DNA of 64,000 nt, from contig OX597838.1 in NCBI GenBank assembly GCA_951406725.2, positions 24,986,001 to 25,050,000 on the forward strand, read 5' to 3'. Origin of the DNA: Octopus vulgaris. Its lineage: Eukaryota. Position numbers and translations under genes: made by a program. Under the pieces are notes generated by a model, which worked only from the letters and a program-made list of their open reading frames with translations, was not told the DNA's origin and did not search any database. Positions 1 to 12,339 of the stretch are shown here, in pieces (positions within the stretch are counted from its first letter, which is position 1; the number at the start of each line of letters is the position of its first letter).

Positions 1-164
1 ACATATATATATATATATACATACATACATACATATATACATACATATATACACATACATAAATATATATATATATATACATACATACATATATACATAC
101 ATATATACACATACATACATATACATACATACATATATAAATACATACATACATATACATACAT

Positions 165-199
<35 letters not shown>

Positions 200-280
200 T
201 GCACAGAAATACTATATATATACATACATATATATATATATGCATGCACAGAAATACTATATATATATATATATATATAT
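1..280. repeat. (TA)n/(TACA)n compound microsatellite
   Basis: Directly visible di/tetranucleotide repeats. Confidence 0.95.
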
Positions 281-1021
281 TGTAATATTTATTTTAAGCT
301 CAAACTTCACAAATCACAATTTGGAGTTTCATGTACCTGATTCTAAAGTGATAAGAAACGAATTTCCTCCCTGATGTATGTGTGTGTGGAGGGAGAGGTG
401 TGTATATATATATATATATATATATATGGGTGGGAGTAGGTGTTTGTGTGGGAGTGTGTGGGAGTAAGCATATATTTAGACATAGCACCTCTGTAATTCA
501 CAAGTGGCACTCAAGTGGATCAGTTCATCCAAACATCAGGGATAGTTTAAAGTACAACTGCAAGCTGCATTCAGAAGAAGAAGAAAAAAAACAGCCAATA
601 AAGTTATTAGCCAGAGTCCAGCTTCCTCACCTCAATTAATTAAGAGGAAGTCTAAAACCGTCGTGAATGTCTCCAGACATATTCACTGCCGTCATTTAAT
701 GTCCACTTTTCCAAGCTCGCATGTGTCGGTTAGAATTTTTTGAGGCAAATCTTCTATGGCCGGATGCCCTTCCTGTCGCCAACCCTCACCTGTTTACAAA
801 CAAGGTAATATTTCCCCTTTGCCAGAAGATTTGAAATGAACAGCTCCACCTGTGCGACTGATGGTCATTTATAACCATGATGTGATGTCTAAGGCAAAGC
901 TACACACAAATATATATATATATTTACATTTGCTGGTATTTACCTGTTCCTTTATACTGAGTGCTTACTAGATATCTGCCTGGTTTTTTAATCCTTTCTT
1001 ATATATATATATATATATATT

Positions 1022-1165
1022 ATGACAAATGGCCGAGACCTTTGGCAATATGGCCTGCTTGAGAAGAAGACCCATTGAACCAACTGAAACCGAAGTCATT
1101 GCAGATACTGGTGTCACATAATTGGCACTTGTGCCAGTGGCACGTAAAGACACCTATTACACTCT
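1022..1165 (+). mobile_element. RTE-clade LINE remnant: last ORF codons running into the family C 3' UTR
   Basis: Translates MTNGRDLWQYGLLEKKTH* (RTE-like C-terminal DR..W motif), followed by GCCAGTGGCACGTAAA..CACC..TACACTCT as in family C. Confidence 0.6.
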
Positions 1166-1216
1166 TATTATACTCGTGTATATATACACTCATGCAGATA
1201 TACACACGTGTATGTG

Positions 1217-1267
<51 letters not shown>

Positions 1268-1271
<4 letters not shown>

Positions 1272-1730
1272 CTCTTTTATTTGTTTCAGTCATTTGACTG
1301 TGGCCATGCTGGAGCACCGCCTTTAGTTGAGCAAATTGACCCCAGGACTTATTCTTTGGAAGCCTAGTACTTATTCTATTGGCCTCTTTTGCCAAACCGG
1401 TAATTTATGGGGACATAAACACACCACAATCGGTTGTCAAGTGATGTTGGGGGGACAAACACAGACACACAAATACACACACACACATATATATATATAT
1501 ATACATATATACGACGGGCTTCTTTCAGTTCCGTTTACTAAATCCACTCACAAGGCTTTGGTCGGTCTGAGGCTATAGTAGAAGACACTTGCCCAAGGTG
1601 CTACGCAGTGGGAATGAACCCGGAACCATATAAGCAAGCTACTTACCACACAGCCACTGTTGCGCCTAAGCTACTTACCACCCAGCCACTCCTGCGCCTA
1701 AGCTACTTACCAAGCAGCCACTCCTGCGCT
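1268..1730 (-). mobile_element. tRNA-derived SINE, family A, full length with triplicated head
   Basis: Matches copies at 7547, 18520, 22258, 49385; head unit GCTACTTACCACACAGCCACTCCTGCGCCTA repeated 3x at 1637-1730. Confidence 0.9.
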
Positions 1731-2459
1731 TATTTATATATATTATATATAAATAGATAGATGTAGATATAAACACACACACGTTTTTGTCTGTGCCTAT
1801 GTTTTGTTTACATCAGTCTAAAACCAATGTTCTTATAAACTTAGTAGTTCAACAAACAGAGATACAGTAGGTATGCCAGAAGCAAAACAAGTTCTGGAGC
1901 AAGTGCGATCAGCTAAAATCCTTGACCGTCTCAGTCCTGTGACCAAAACCAGTATAACCGAATACCACTGGTGGCCAATCTAGTGAAACTGGTTAATTAG
2001 GGTGACCAGCGGAATTATAAAGCTCAAGAATTTGACAATGAGAATACAACAGGTTGGAAATATTACAGCAGAGCAGAAATACCAGTTCTATGAGGTTCAA
2101 AGTAAAAAACAATGCCAAAATGTTGATGAGTGAGGTATTGTCTTAATCATAATAAGAAAGACTTTAATGGCTCTTGTAGAAATTCAATCAGGTGTGGATG
2201 TAGGTGTGGAAGCGACGGACATGGTAGATGAAATGAAAAGATTTTAGTATGAGACTTTTGTGATGTGTTGCAATAAATGTGTCAGGTTTAACGAGTCGAG
2301 TCAGAATATCAACTGGTCATGCAGCCAGTTCGTTACCTGCCAGTCAGGTGAGATCGACTTAGTTCCAACCATGTGGAGCCGAACTAGAACAGAAGATTGT
2401 TGAGTGAAATCAATGGCTCTCTCACCTCTTATCCTCATCACATATTTCTGGTAAATTCT

Positions 2460-3033
2460 GTTAATTGTTTCAGGCATTTGACTGGAGCCATGCTGGAGCA
2501 TTGCCTTAAATTGGATTTTAGCCACAGAAATTGACCCCAGGACTTCTATTGGTCTGTTTTGCTGAACTGTTATGTGACAGAGTACATTGGTTGTCAAGTG
2601 ACGGTTGGTGGGGACAAACATATACATCGATATATACACGTTTGTGTGTGTGTGTGTGTATATATACATACAGTGAGCTACTTTCAGTTTCCATCTACTA
2701 AATCCATTCACAAGGCTTTGGTCAGCCTGAGGGTATAGTAGAAGACTCTTGCTCGGAAACGTGGTTGGGAAGCAAGCTTCTTACCACACAGCTATGCCTA
2801 AACTTAAAAAAAATACAATCTAATTTACTACAAATAAATATTTTTGAATTCCTTGAGAGAAAATATTACAGGTGTAGGTGTTGCTGTGTGGTTAAGAAGC
2901 CTGCTTTCCAATCAGGAAGTTTTGAGTTCAGTCCTAATGCACGGCAGCTTAAGCAAGCAACCTCTACTATAGCCTCAGGCTGACCAAAGCCTTGTGAGTC
3001 AATTTGGTAAATGGAAACTGAAGGAACCCCATT

Positions 3034-3035
<2 letters not shown>
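2460..3035. mobile_element. Two decayed family A SINEs in opposite orientation (2460-2800 minus, 2870-3035 plus)
   Basis: CAAAGCCTTGTGAGT..GGAAACTGAA core on both strands. Confidence 0.75.
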
Positions 3036-3064
<29 letters not shown>

Positions 3065-3499
3065 CACATGTGTGTATGAATGGGTCAAAGGCGAAGTCTA
3101 CCTCAACAGATTTTGAACTCAGAACATAAAGACGGACGGTGTACTAACAATTCTGCTTCCTTGCCACCCTAAAACATTGGTTTCAAATTTTGGCACAAGG
3201 CCAGCAATTTTAGTGAGGGGTTAAGTCAATTACATCAGCCCCCAGTGTTTAATTGGTACTTATTTTATTAACCCCGACAGAATGAAAGACAATGTTGACC
3301 TTGGTGGATTTTGAACTCAGAACATAAAGACGGAAGAAATGCCAATAAGCATTTTGTTCCACAAATTGTAGGGTAGGTGTGAGAGGCCAGATATAGCCAG
3401 CTAAACCCTTCAGCATTCATCTTAGTTAAATGTAATCTTTATTTGCCTTGTTTCGAATTAACCATGCATTATCTTGTAGCTGTGAGATTTCAATGATGT

Positions 3500-3745
3500 C
3501 ATCATCATCGTTTAACGTCTGTTCTCCATACTAGCATGGGTTGGACGATTTGACTGAGGACTGGCGAACCAGATGGCTGCACCAGGCTCCAATCTTGATT
3601 CGGCAGAGTTTCTACAGCTTGATGCCCTTCTTAACGCCAACCACTCCGAGAGTGTAGTGGGTGCACAAGGGCCAGTCAGGTGGTACTGGCAACAGCCATG
3701 CTCAAATGGTGTTTTTTATGTGCCACCTGCACAGGAGCCAGTCCA
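3500..3745 (-). mobile_element. Family C (RTE-type LINE 3' UTR), inside a piggyBac-like MITE remnant
   Basis: (CAT)n-CGTTTAACGTC...GATGCCCTTCTTAACGCCAACC...; flanks match the MITE at 6853-7460. Confidence 0.75.
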
Positions 3746-4949
3746 GTTTAGGATGACATTGTAAGGTAGGTGTGAGAGGCTGGATCTGGCCTGGTTGAAC
3801 ATAAAACTATTAGAATATTTTGTCCAGGTACGACCAGTTTTAATGCTAAAACATTAAATAATTAAATGAAATACAGGCACCAATAAACTAATCTGGTAGC
3901 AACAGGAATTTGAAAATCCTGCTTGTAAATTAGTGTAGATTAAAAGAGGCTCCAGAACCTCAGAGTCGAGAATGCTTGTGCAACACTTGTATATTTGTGT
4001 CATTGATCTTTACCAAATCACCACAGACTCTCATGAGATTGATATAGTGGATGCCTTGTCAGGAACGCTGTTTGAAAACCTATTCCGTTTAGTGTCAGAG
4101 GAAGCCAGTTTTTTTTTTAAATAGCCTCAACCACCTCCACTTTTTTCAGTGAATTATAAAACAGAAATAGAACAAAAAAAACTCAGCAACAATATTCGCA
4201 GTGCTTAAAATAATGTTTAAATTCCATCCACTCGGCCGATTCAAATGCTCTCATTATATACGTGACATTATTATATACACACAAAGAGATTAATCACATG
4301 TTTAGACTAGTGTGACGTGTATGTGTGTGTGTCTGTGTGTGTATATATGACACACAAACACACATCCTCGGCCAGTCTTTCAAAAGACTGAAGCATTAAC
4401 CTTCAAGGATAGAAGGTATCTGATTAATGATTCTGGCAAGGCATGCAAATTCTTCAAAGTAGCTACACAGGTGTTGATTGAAGAAGTACCTACTCAGTCT
4501 GAAATATTTTAAAAACGACAGTGGTTGCCTACATATGCATGAGGCCAGACTGATCCTGGAAGATAAAAAGCAAAGTTGACTTAGGTGGGAGTTGAACTTA
4601 GAAGGTAAAAATACCTAAATCAGATATCAAAGGGCATTAAAAAAAATTTTTTTTACCATTTTTATGTTCTAAAGATTCTACTCATAAAATTGGCATTAAT
4701 AATAAAATAATAAGAAAGGCAATAAAACTGATGTGAGGACAGGTGCAGACATGGCTCTGTGGTTAAGAAGTTTGCTCTGCAACCGAGTGATTTTGGGTTC
4801 AGACCCACTGTGTGGTACCTTCACCAAATGTGTGCTATTATAACTCACAGCTGACCAATGCCTTGTAAATGAATTTAGTAAACGGAAATGGAAAGAAACC
4901 CATTGTGTGTGTGTTGGCTGGCTTCAAGCTTTTGCTTGATGAGGCTAGG

Positions 4950-5165
4950 GTCATTCCAAGCTAGTGTTCTTTGAGGAATCATCATTGGTAGAGCTGACCA
5001 GCTCCACCAGTGCTTTCCATTGCCGGTGGTCCTGTACCAGCCCCTCTGCATCCTCCCAGCGGACGTCGAGCCTCTGTAGATCTTCCTTAATCACGTCCAG
5101 CCATCTGCTACAGGGCCTAGCATGAGGCCTCTCTCAGCCCACAGCTGCTGTGTTGAATGAGAGTA
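4950..5165 (-). mobile_element. RTE-clade LINE ORF C-terminal fragment (decayed)
   Basis: Translates ERPHARPCSRWLDVIKEDLQRLDVRWEDAEGLVQDHRQWKALVEL, matching the RTE R.RGRP..RW.D.I..DL...A.DR..W pattern. Confidence 0.8.
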
Positions 5166-5197
5166 TGTGTGTGTATATAGTATACACACACATGTGT

Positions 5198-5500
5198 CTT
5201 CTACTATAGTCTACGGCTGCCAAAAGCCTTGTGAGTGGATTTGGTAGACAAAAACTGAAAGAAGCCTGTCGTATATATGTATGTGTGTGTGTGTGTGTCC
5301 ACCACCACTTCACAACTGGTGTTGATGTGCTTAGATTTTCGTAACTTAGCAGTTTGGCAAAAGAGATGGATAGAATGAGTAGCAGGCTTCACAAAGAAAA
5401 TAACATACTAGGGGTTGATACATTCGACGAAAACTTTAAGGTGGTGCCCCAACATGGCTGCAGTCTAATAACGACTGAATCAAGTAAAAGATAGAAAAAA
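5198..5500 (+). mobile_element. Family A SINE, 5'-truncated
   Basis: Core and GGTGGTGCCCCAACATGGCTGCAG tail. Confidence 0.8.
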
Positions 5501-5589
5501 GAAAAAGGGGGCTTAGTACCCATGAGCTTTACACAAACATTTCCCTGATTGTTGAGGTTAATGCATATGTACAGTCTGAACTGCTGTAG

Positions 5590-5825
5590 ACTGATGTGGT
5601 TTATTTCCAGGTTGGCCTTGATCAATCAGAAACTATGATCATCGGCATTCCAGTCATGACCATCCTATCATTTTCTTCTATAATGTATGAATAACGTTAT
5701 CCAATACACCTGCTTATTCCTTTTTTAAAAGACAATGGGAAGGTGTATGATACGAGGGAAATTTGGTTGCTATTTCTAGCAGGTCAAGCAATGATGTAGT
5801 GCCCCTGCCACCTGCCTCGTTGGCT
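5590..5825. mobile_element. Old interspersed repeat, family D (also about 8000-8180, 14660-14990, 15560-15790, 18150-18500, 18910-19190, 24490-24790)
   Basis: Recurrent GAGGGAGATTTGGCTGCTATTTCTAGCAGG and CATTCCAG.CATGACCATCC motifs. Confidence 0.65.
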
Positions 5826-6322
5826 CATTTTTCTGTTGCTTGATTGCCTATGTGCAGCGAAAAAAGAGAGGCGGGGGTGCTATTTTCTGAAATTTGCTGT
5901 TCTGTGGTGGAAAGATTGAATAAAGTGTGTGCATTTCTAATGTTTATTAGGTGGGCGACATATTGGGGTGGATGGGCGAGGAGGAGGAGGAAGAGGAGGA
6001 CTCAAGCAGAGATGCGGTATAGCGCAGAGTGGTTGCTAGTTCAGAAGAACAGAAGCCGTTGTATTAGGACTAGAGGAGGCAGAGAGAAGAAAGAAACAGC
6101 ATATCTACAGCGGTGTGGGATGAAGCTGGAGCACAGGAGATGCTGCATCATATAGAGAAAACGTTGGCCATTCAGCTGGATGGCCCCGTCTTTTAAGGGG
6201 AGAAGTTATCTCGAATGCGTGTATGTGTAGCCGAGTGAGTAGCAGCAGCAGTAGTTTTGTCATCCTAACCCCCGTTTAATATAATCCTGCCCAAAAGCAT
6301 CTGCGGTTCTAAGATATAAAAA

Positions 6323-6787
6323 GGCAGCGAGCTGGCAGAATCGTTAGCACGCGGGGCGAAATGCTTAGCGGTATTTCGTCTGCCGTTACGTTGCGAGTTC
6401 AAATTCCACCAAGGTCGACTTTGCCTTTCATCCTTTCGGGGGTCGATAAATTAAGTACCAATTACGCACTGGGGTCGATGTAATCGACTTAGTCCCTTTG
6501 TCTGTCCTTGTTTGTCCACTCTATGTTTAGCCCCTTGTGGGTAGTAAAGAAACAAAGGCGGTGAGCTGGCAGAAACGTTAGCACGCTGGGCAAAATGCGT
6601 AGCTGTATTTCGTCTGCCGTTACATTCTGAGTTCAAATTTTGCCGAGGTCGACTTTGCCTTTCATCCTTTCGGGGTCGATAAATTAAGTACCAGTTACAC
6701 ACTGGGGTCGATGTAATCGACTTAATCCCTTTGTCTGTCCTTGTTTGTCCTCTCTGTGTTTAGCCCCTTGTGGGTAGTAAAGAAATA
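6323..6787 (+). mobile_element. Head-to-tail dimer of tRNA-derived SINE family B inside one 16-bp TSD
   Basis: A-box TGGCAGAA, B-box GAGTTCAAATT, central GCCTTTCATCCTTTCGGGGTCGATAAA; TSD GGTTCTAAGATATAAA at 6305-6320 and 6788-6803. Confidence 0.9.
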
Positions 6788-6852
6788 GGTTCTAAGATAT
6801 AAATTCTGTTTTAATGTGATCTAAACTGAAAATCTTTCATCAAAATTCTGTG

Positions 6853-7462
6853 TTAACCTTTTAGCATTCATATTACCCTGTCGAATATAATTTTTATGTA
6901 GTCACATCGTTTTGAATTTACCATGCATTATCTTGTAGCTTTGAGATTTTGATGAGGTAACTTAACTTTTAGAATGATACTGTAGGTTGGTGTGAGAGAT
7001 CAGATCTGGACAGTTAATCCCTTAACCCTTTCATTACCATATTTATTTTGAGATGCACTGTGTTTCTTTCGATTATTTTAAATATAACAAAGAATTTAGT
7101 AAAATAACTTAGTTATCATTAAGCTAGTGTTAGGAACATAAATTGTGACTAAGGTTTGGTGGAAGATTTTAATTCAAAACTTGGGAAAACAAGATATTTG
7201 TACTACAGAGGCAGAGCCAGTTTCAGTTGGGTTGGTATCAAAAGGGTTAAGCATTCAGATTTCTCCGTCAAATGTTATGCTTATGTAGTCACATTGTTTT
7301 GATTTAATCATGCATTATCTTGTGGCTTTGAGATTTTGATAAGCTAACTATTTTTAGAATGACATTGTAGGGTTGGTGTGAAAGGCTAGATCTGGCTGCT
7401 TTGAACAGAAAACTGACAGAATCTTTGGACCGGAATATGGCTGGCATAAATGCTAAAGGGTT
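6853..7462. mobile_element. Two piggyBac-like MITE copies (TTAACCCTTTAGCATT...AATGCTAAAGGG type)
   Basis: TTAA-CC(C)TTT(T)AGCATTC start at 6853 and about 7014; AATGCTAAAGGG end near 7460; internal sequence duplicated. Confidence 0.7.
7026..7246. mobile_element. piggyBac-like MITE with TTAA TSD
   Basis: TTAA-CCCTTT...AAAGGG-TTAA termini. Confidence 0.85.
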
Positions 7463-7546
7463 TATTTATATTCTAAATACTAGCTTAATAACAACACAAT
7501 TATTTTAATAGATATTTCATTATTTTCAAAATTAATTGAACAAAAC

Positions 7547-7930
7547 AGGCGTAAGAGTGGCTGTGTGGTAAGTAGCTTGCTTACCAACCACATGGTTCCG
7601 GGTTCCGTGGCATCTTGAGCAAGTGTCTTCTACTATAGCCTCAAGCCGACCAAAGCCTTGTGAGTGGATTTGGTAGACGGAAACTGAAAGAAGCCTGTCG
7701 TGTATATGTATATATGTGTGTGTGTTTGTGTGTCTGTGTTTGTCCCACCAACATCGCTTGACAACCAATGCTGGTGTGTTTACGTCCCCGTAACTTAGCG
7801 GTTTGGCAAAAAAAGAGACTGATAGAATAAGCACTAGGCTTACAAAGAATAAGCTCTGGGGTCGATTTGCTCGACTAAAAGCAGTGCTCCAGCATGGCCG
7901 CAGTCAAATGACTGAAACAAGTAAAAGAGA
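7547..7930 (+). mobile_element. Family A SINE, full length
   Basis: tRNA-like head, internal microsatellite, GTGCTCCAGCATGGCCGCAGTCAAATGACTGAAACAAGTAAAAGAG tail. Confidence 0.9.
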
Positions 7931-8647
7931 TCATACAAAAAAAAAACAAAGAAAAAGAGACTAATTTGTAGGATCTTTGTTGATTTGGGGTTAAATAATA
8001 ACAACAACAAGAATAGGTTCTTGTGGTCCAACCCTGACAATAATCAGAGACATGGTAGTTGTACCAATTCTGTCTGTGTTCTAGTTACATATCCCAAAAT
8101 CTGCATTACCCCATCATTTTCAAGATTTGGCTGCTATTTTCTGCAGGACAAGTGACCACATAGGTTCCCTCATTGGTTCCTAGTGGCAGTAGTAGTAGTA
8201 GTAGTAGTAGTAGTAGCAGTGATGGTTAGATAGTTTATTACTTTTTATGAAAGAGCCAAATTGTTAACTGACAATCGAAATTCCACAAACCAATAATTCT
8301 TGGAATTGTTGGTGCCAACAGAACAATTGAAAAATAACTCGATAATCTATACAAAAAAAATAACTTCCTACTGCCAAAATGGAAAACAAAATGCCTAGCA
8401 GAATTTAACCCATACACTAATAGACATGCATACTTCTATTTCTCTCAATGCGTGCACGTGTGTGTGTGTATCACTGTCATCATTCAACATCCGTTTTCCA
8501 TGCTGGCATGGGTTGGACGGCATAACAGGAACTGGCCAGCTGAAGTGCTGCTCAACTTTCATGCCTGTTTTAGCATGGTTTCTACAGCTGGATGCCTTTC
8601 CTAACACCAAACACTTAACAGAGTGTACTGGGTGCTTGTACAATGTT

Positions 8648-9045
8648 ACAATGTTACTATTGTTTTTAGCCCCAGGAAGACATCTCCTCCAGCTGGTTAA
8701 CGTCACGTAGTCTGTGTCCAATTAGTATTTGCGAGGGGAGGTCATTGCTTCCGTCTCTAGCCTTACGTGATACACACAAACCCAGGTTTCTGAGTAGTTA
8801 CCCGTCTTCGGTGTGTGATAATCGCCAGCTAGTGATGAAAACTCATTTCACTCGCAAAGGAAGAAATAAGTTATATTAAATCTCCGAGACGGCTAACTAC
8901 CCAGAAACCTGGGTCTGTGTGTATCACATAAGGTTAGAGATGGGAACGATGACCTCCACTCACAAATCTAATTGAACACACACAGTGTGTTGTTAGCCAG
9001 CTGGAGGAGATGTCTTCCTAGGGCTAAAAACAACAGTAACATCGT
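8648..9045. repeat. Long inverted repeat, arms about 165 bp, spacer about 70 bp
   Basis: 8648-8812 is the reverse complement of 8884-9045 at roughly 85% identity by eye. Confidence 0.9.
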
Positions 9046-10309
9046 CCTCTATGGGACCACCACATTTAGTTGAGAAATATATTTTACGATATATATATAT
9101 ATGTATGTGTGTGTGTGTGTGTGTGTGTTTGCATACACACCTTTGTGTGTGCATATTTATAAATATGTATATATAGTTATATGTATTATTTTGTTTCAGT
9201 CAATGGACTGTGGCCATGCTTGGGTATTGCCTTGAAGAATTTCTAGTCAAATAAATTGACCCCAGTACTTATTTTATCAGTCGCTTTTGCTGAACTGCTA
9301 AGTCACATATATATATAACCACTAAGTTACACACACACAAATATGTGTACATGCATCTTTATATAAGGTGAATTGGCAGAGTTGTCAAAGTGTTAGATAG
9401 GATGCCTTCTAGTATTTAGTTCTGGTTCTCTGCACACTGAGTTCAAATCCTGCTGAGGTGAGTCAACTCTGCTATTAATCCTTTCGGGCCATCCAGAGTA
9501 GAGGATTGGCAGAAGTGTTAAAGAGTTGGGTGAGGTAGCTCATTATATCTGCTCCAACTCTTAGCATTCTGACAGCAATGCCTGCAGCAATACTGGTGCC
9601 AAACTGTATCATCCCAAATTGGCAGCCTTTTCCTCGGATAAACATTGGTGGCTGGTGCAGAGAGGGGTGACTTGCATACTTGCAAGCATGGGATACAGTT
9701 TTCTTTAAAAAAAATCTTGCCCAGGCTTGTGCAGACAAGTGAAAATGAATGGACAACACTAACCAATAGAAGCCATATATATATATATATATTTGATAGA
9801 TAGATATAAAAATCGATATAGATATAAATACATATATATTTATATACAGAAAGATATATAGACATAAAAATCGATATAGATAGATATAAATACATATTTA
9901 TATACAGATAGATATATACACATATATAGATACACAGAGGCAAATAGACACATATTTAGACAGACTGACAGACAAACAGATAGATAGATAGATATGTAGA
10001 CAAACAGGTTTGTGTGTGTGTGGTGAACACAATTCATTCTATATTTCAACATAAAAAAACCACAAAAGTCCTCAATAAAGTGCCGTTGTGGGGCAGTGGG
10101 TACAGAGAATTGATTGTAGTTCGCTTGATAATTAACAATACAAATTTACAATGACTGTTTAATGAACATAAATATAACTAAAAATATGTGTGGGTTCATA
10201 TATACATGTATGTGTGCGGGGGGGGGGGGAAAGAACTTAGTAATTTGACTGATTAAAAAAAAATGTGATTATTCTATGTATAGTATCTGTTTCCTTTAAG
10301 CTATTAATC

Positions 10310-10360
<51 letters not shown>

Positions 10361-10361
<1 letters not shown>

Positions 10362-10490
10362 AGGTCCCGGGTTGAGTCGGGGTTAACCACAGTAAATAAG
10401 GTACTCAATACATAGCAGAGTAAATTAATTTATTTTATAGAAGGAGCTTCTACAGGACTAGAACTGTTTCATTCAAATGAAATCTTCAGA
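10361..10490 (-). mobile_element. Penelope-like terminal fragment with hammerhead-like core; same family as 37604-37782
   Basis: Near-identical to the 37.6 kb element; minus strand reads CTGAAGA-TTTCATTTGAAT-GAAAC; flanked by TA/TG repeats. Confidence 0.6.
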
Positions 10491-11355
10491 ATATATATAT
10501 TTATTTATTTATACGCACGCACACACAAGCAGATATACATATAAATCTTTCTACTACTACAGGAAAAAGGCCTGAAATTTTAGGGGACGGGGTTAGTCGA
10601 TTGGTATTTATTTTACAGGATCCGGAAAAGTGAAAGGCAGAGTCGACCTAGGCGGAATTCGAACTCAAAATGTAAAGTCGGCAGAAATGCCGCTAAAGAT
10701 TTTATCATAGATAAATGTATATGTGTGTGATAAAATTATGTGTGTGTATACACATAAGCATACATTATAGATGATATACCACTTACATATATAAACAGAT
10801 GTGTTTGTGTAGCTGAATAAACGTCTGTATATATGCATATATGTATGTGTGAGTGTGCTTATGCATGCGTACGTATGTATACATATGCGGTGATGGCTTA
10901 ACTAGTTGAAAAATCGAAGCCCCTGTCAGGAGCATTCTTGTATAAGAACAATAAACTGGTATTCTACAAAAGTGTACAGTAAACCATCAGATTAATGTAA
11001 AATTGTTTCATTGTAACTGAACATAAAACCAAACATAAATACATACAGAGAGAGAGAGAGGAGAAAGTCATTGTAGAGAACCTAGTTTCACATCATAATT
11101 TAAGCCGCAGTTCGGTCCGGTGGACCGACCATATTTACATAAAAAGAAAAGAGAGAGAGAGAGAGAATCTATCTATAACCCATTCTAGTTTATTTCTTCA
11201 AGGTTAGTGTGTATCTTAGATTACACTACCCATTTCCTATTTCCTTAACTTGAGATAAGATTCGGTCGCTAATTTTCGAGCAGCAGGTAAGAAAAAACCG
11301 CCAAGTGGTTTCCGCGTTTAAGACCCTCCTAAGGGTAGATGTTCGCGGGAGCAGC

Positions 11356-11579
11356 TCAGATTCTACCGCACATGTGCTGTTTCCTGAGAGACCAAGAGAC
11401 CATCTTCAGCCATAATCTGAACACACACGACAAACATAGACATATAGAAACTCGCCAGTCTCTTTATATTTGGTAGAGATGGCCATGAATAAATTTGGAG
11501 TAATTTATTTTATTCAATATTATTGAAAAGAGTAATGAATAGCTACGTGGAAGTTTTCTATCTATCTATCTATCTATCT

Positions 11580-11610
<31 letters not shown>

Positions 11611-12120
11611 CACATATGTGCACAAACATACACATATATAAATGTATACACACATATAAATCTACACATACACACACACATATAAATATATATACCCATG
11701 TACATATATATATACGTACACTCACAGACATCGCTTGTAGGTTGATACGTGTAAAGATTATGATAGAGGAAGCCGCCTATATAATTGTGTATATGATGTG
11801 AGTGTATGCATATATATATATGTATGTATGTATACACACACACACAGAGATATCACATAATCTGCACTGACAGTCCTCAGTAAAACATCTGATATTTTCC
11901 AGTCGCACAGAAAAAAAGGGAAAAAAAGAGAGAAATCACCCTCCCCCCCACACACTTATAAACATATATATTCAGTACTATGTCCATAAACAAAAAAAAA
12001 ACTATATACACGATTACCACAAAAATATTACCAGCCGCCTTCCCCAGCTAAAAAAATTAAGCTAAAAGCATGCTTAAAGGCCTACCTCATACAAAAGCCG
12101 AAAAATCGTAGTAACTGCAT
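11356..12120 (-). other. Candidate spliced micro-ORF, exons 12120-12086 and 11416-11356 (31 aa), or non-coding/UTR exons
   Basis: CAACATG start, GAG|GTAGGC donor, T-rich TTCAG acceptor, TCAGTT Inr-like motif at 12165-12160, AATAAA at 11194-11189; no homology recognised. Confidence 0.2.
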
Positions 12121-12339
12121 GTTGAGGTGTGCTGGATGGAGTAAAATACGGTGGAAATCAACTGAGTATGGTGAATAATAACGATCGTTTTCTTCCGTTT
12201 TGTTGTTGTTTTGCTCTGTATGTGTTTGTTGTTATTGTTTTACAGCGTCAGAGGCACAGAGGGTGAGAGAAAGCCTGTCAGGTCCATGTCGGTTCGTAAA
12301 GGGCACTGGCTGTGTGATAAACTTAACGGTAGCAAAGGA

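Noticed and set aside
2000-2460. Complex sequence that might be a coding exon
   Set aside because: Multiple stops and no recognisable motif; left unassigned
5844-6260. 103-aa ORF / possible exon in unique sequence
   Set aside because: No recognisable domain; the Glu-rich frame after the TTATTAG acceptor stops quickly
6451-6702. Recurrent peptides WYLIYRPRKDERQSRP, QIHSQGFGRPEAIVEDTCPR and LQLDALPNANHS
   Set aside because: Translations of families A, B and C; recurrence reflects repeat copies, not a protein family
12305-12322. miR-2-like string TATCACACAGCCAG on the minus strand (and let-7-like TGAGGTAG at about 9531)
   Set aside because: Seed or body mismatch and no precursor hairpin; I recognised no conserved miRNA in the window
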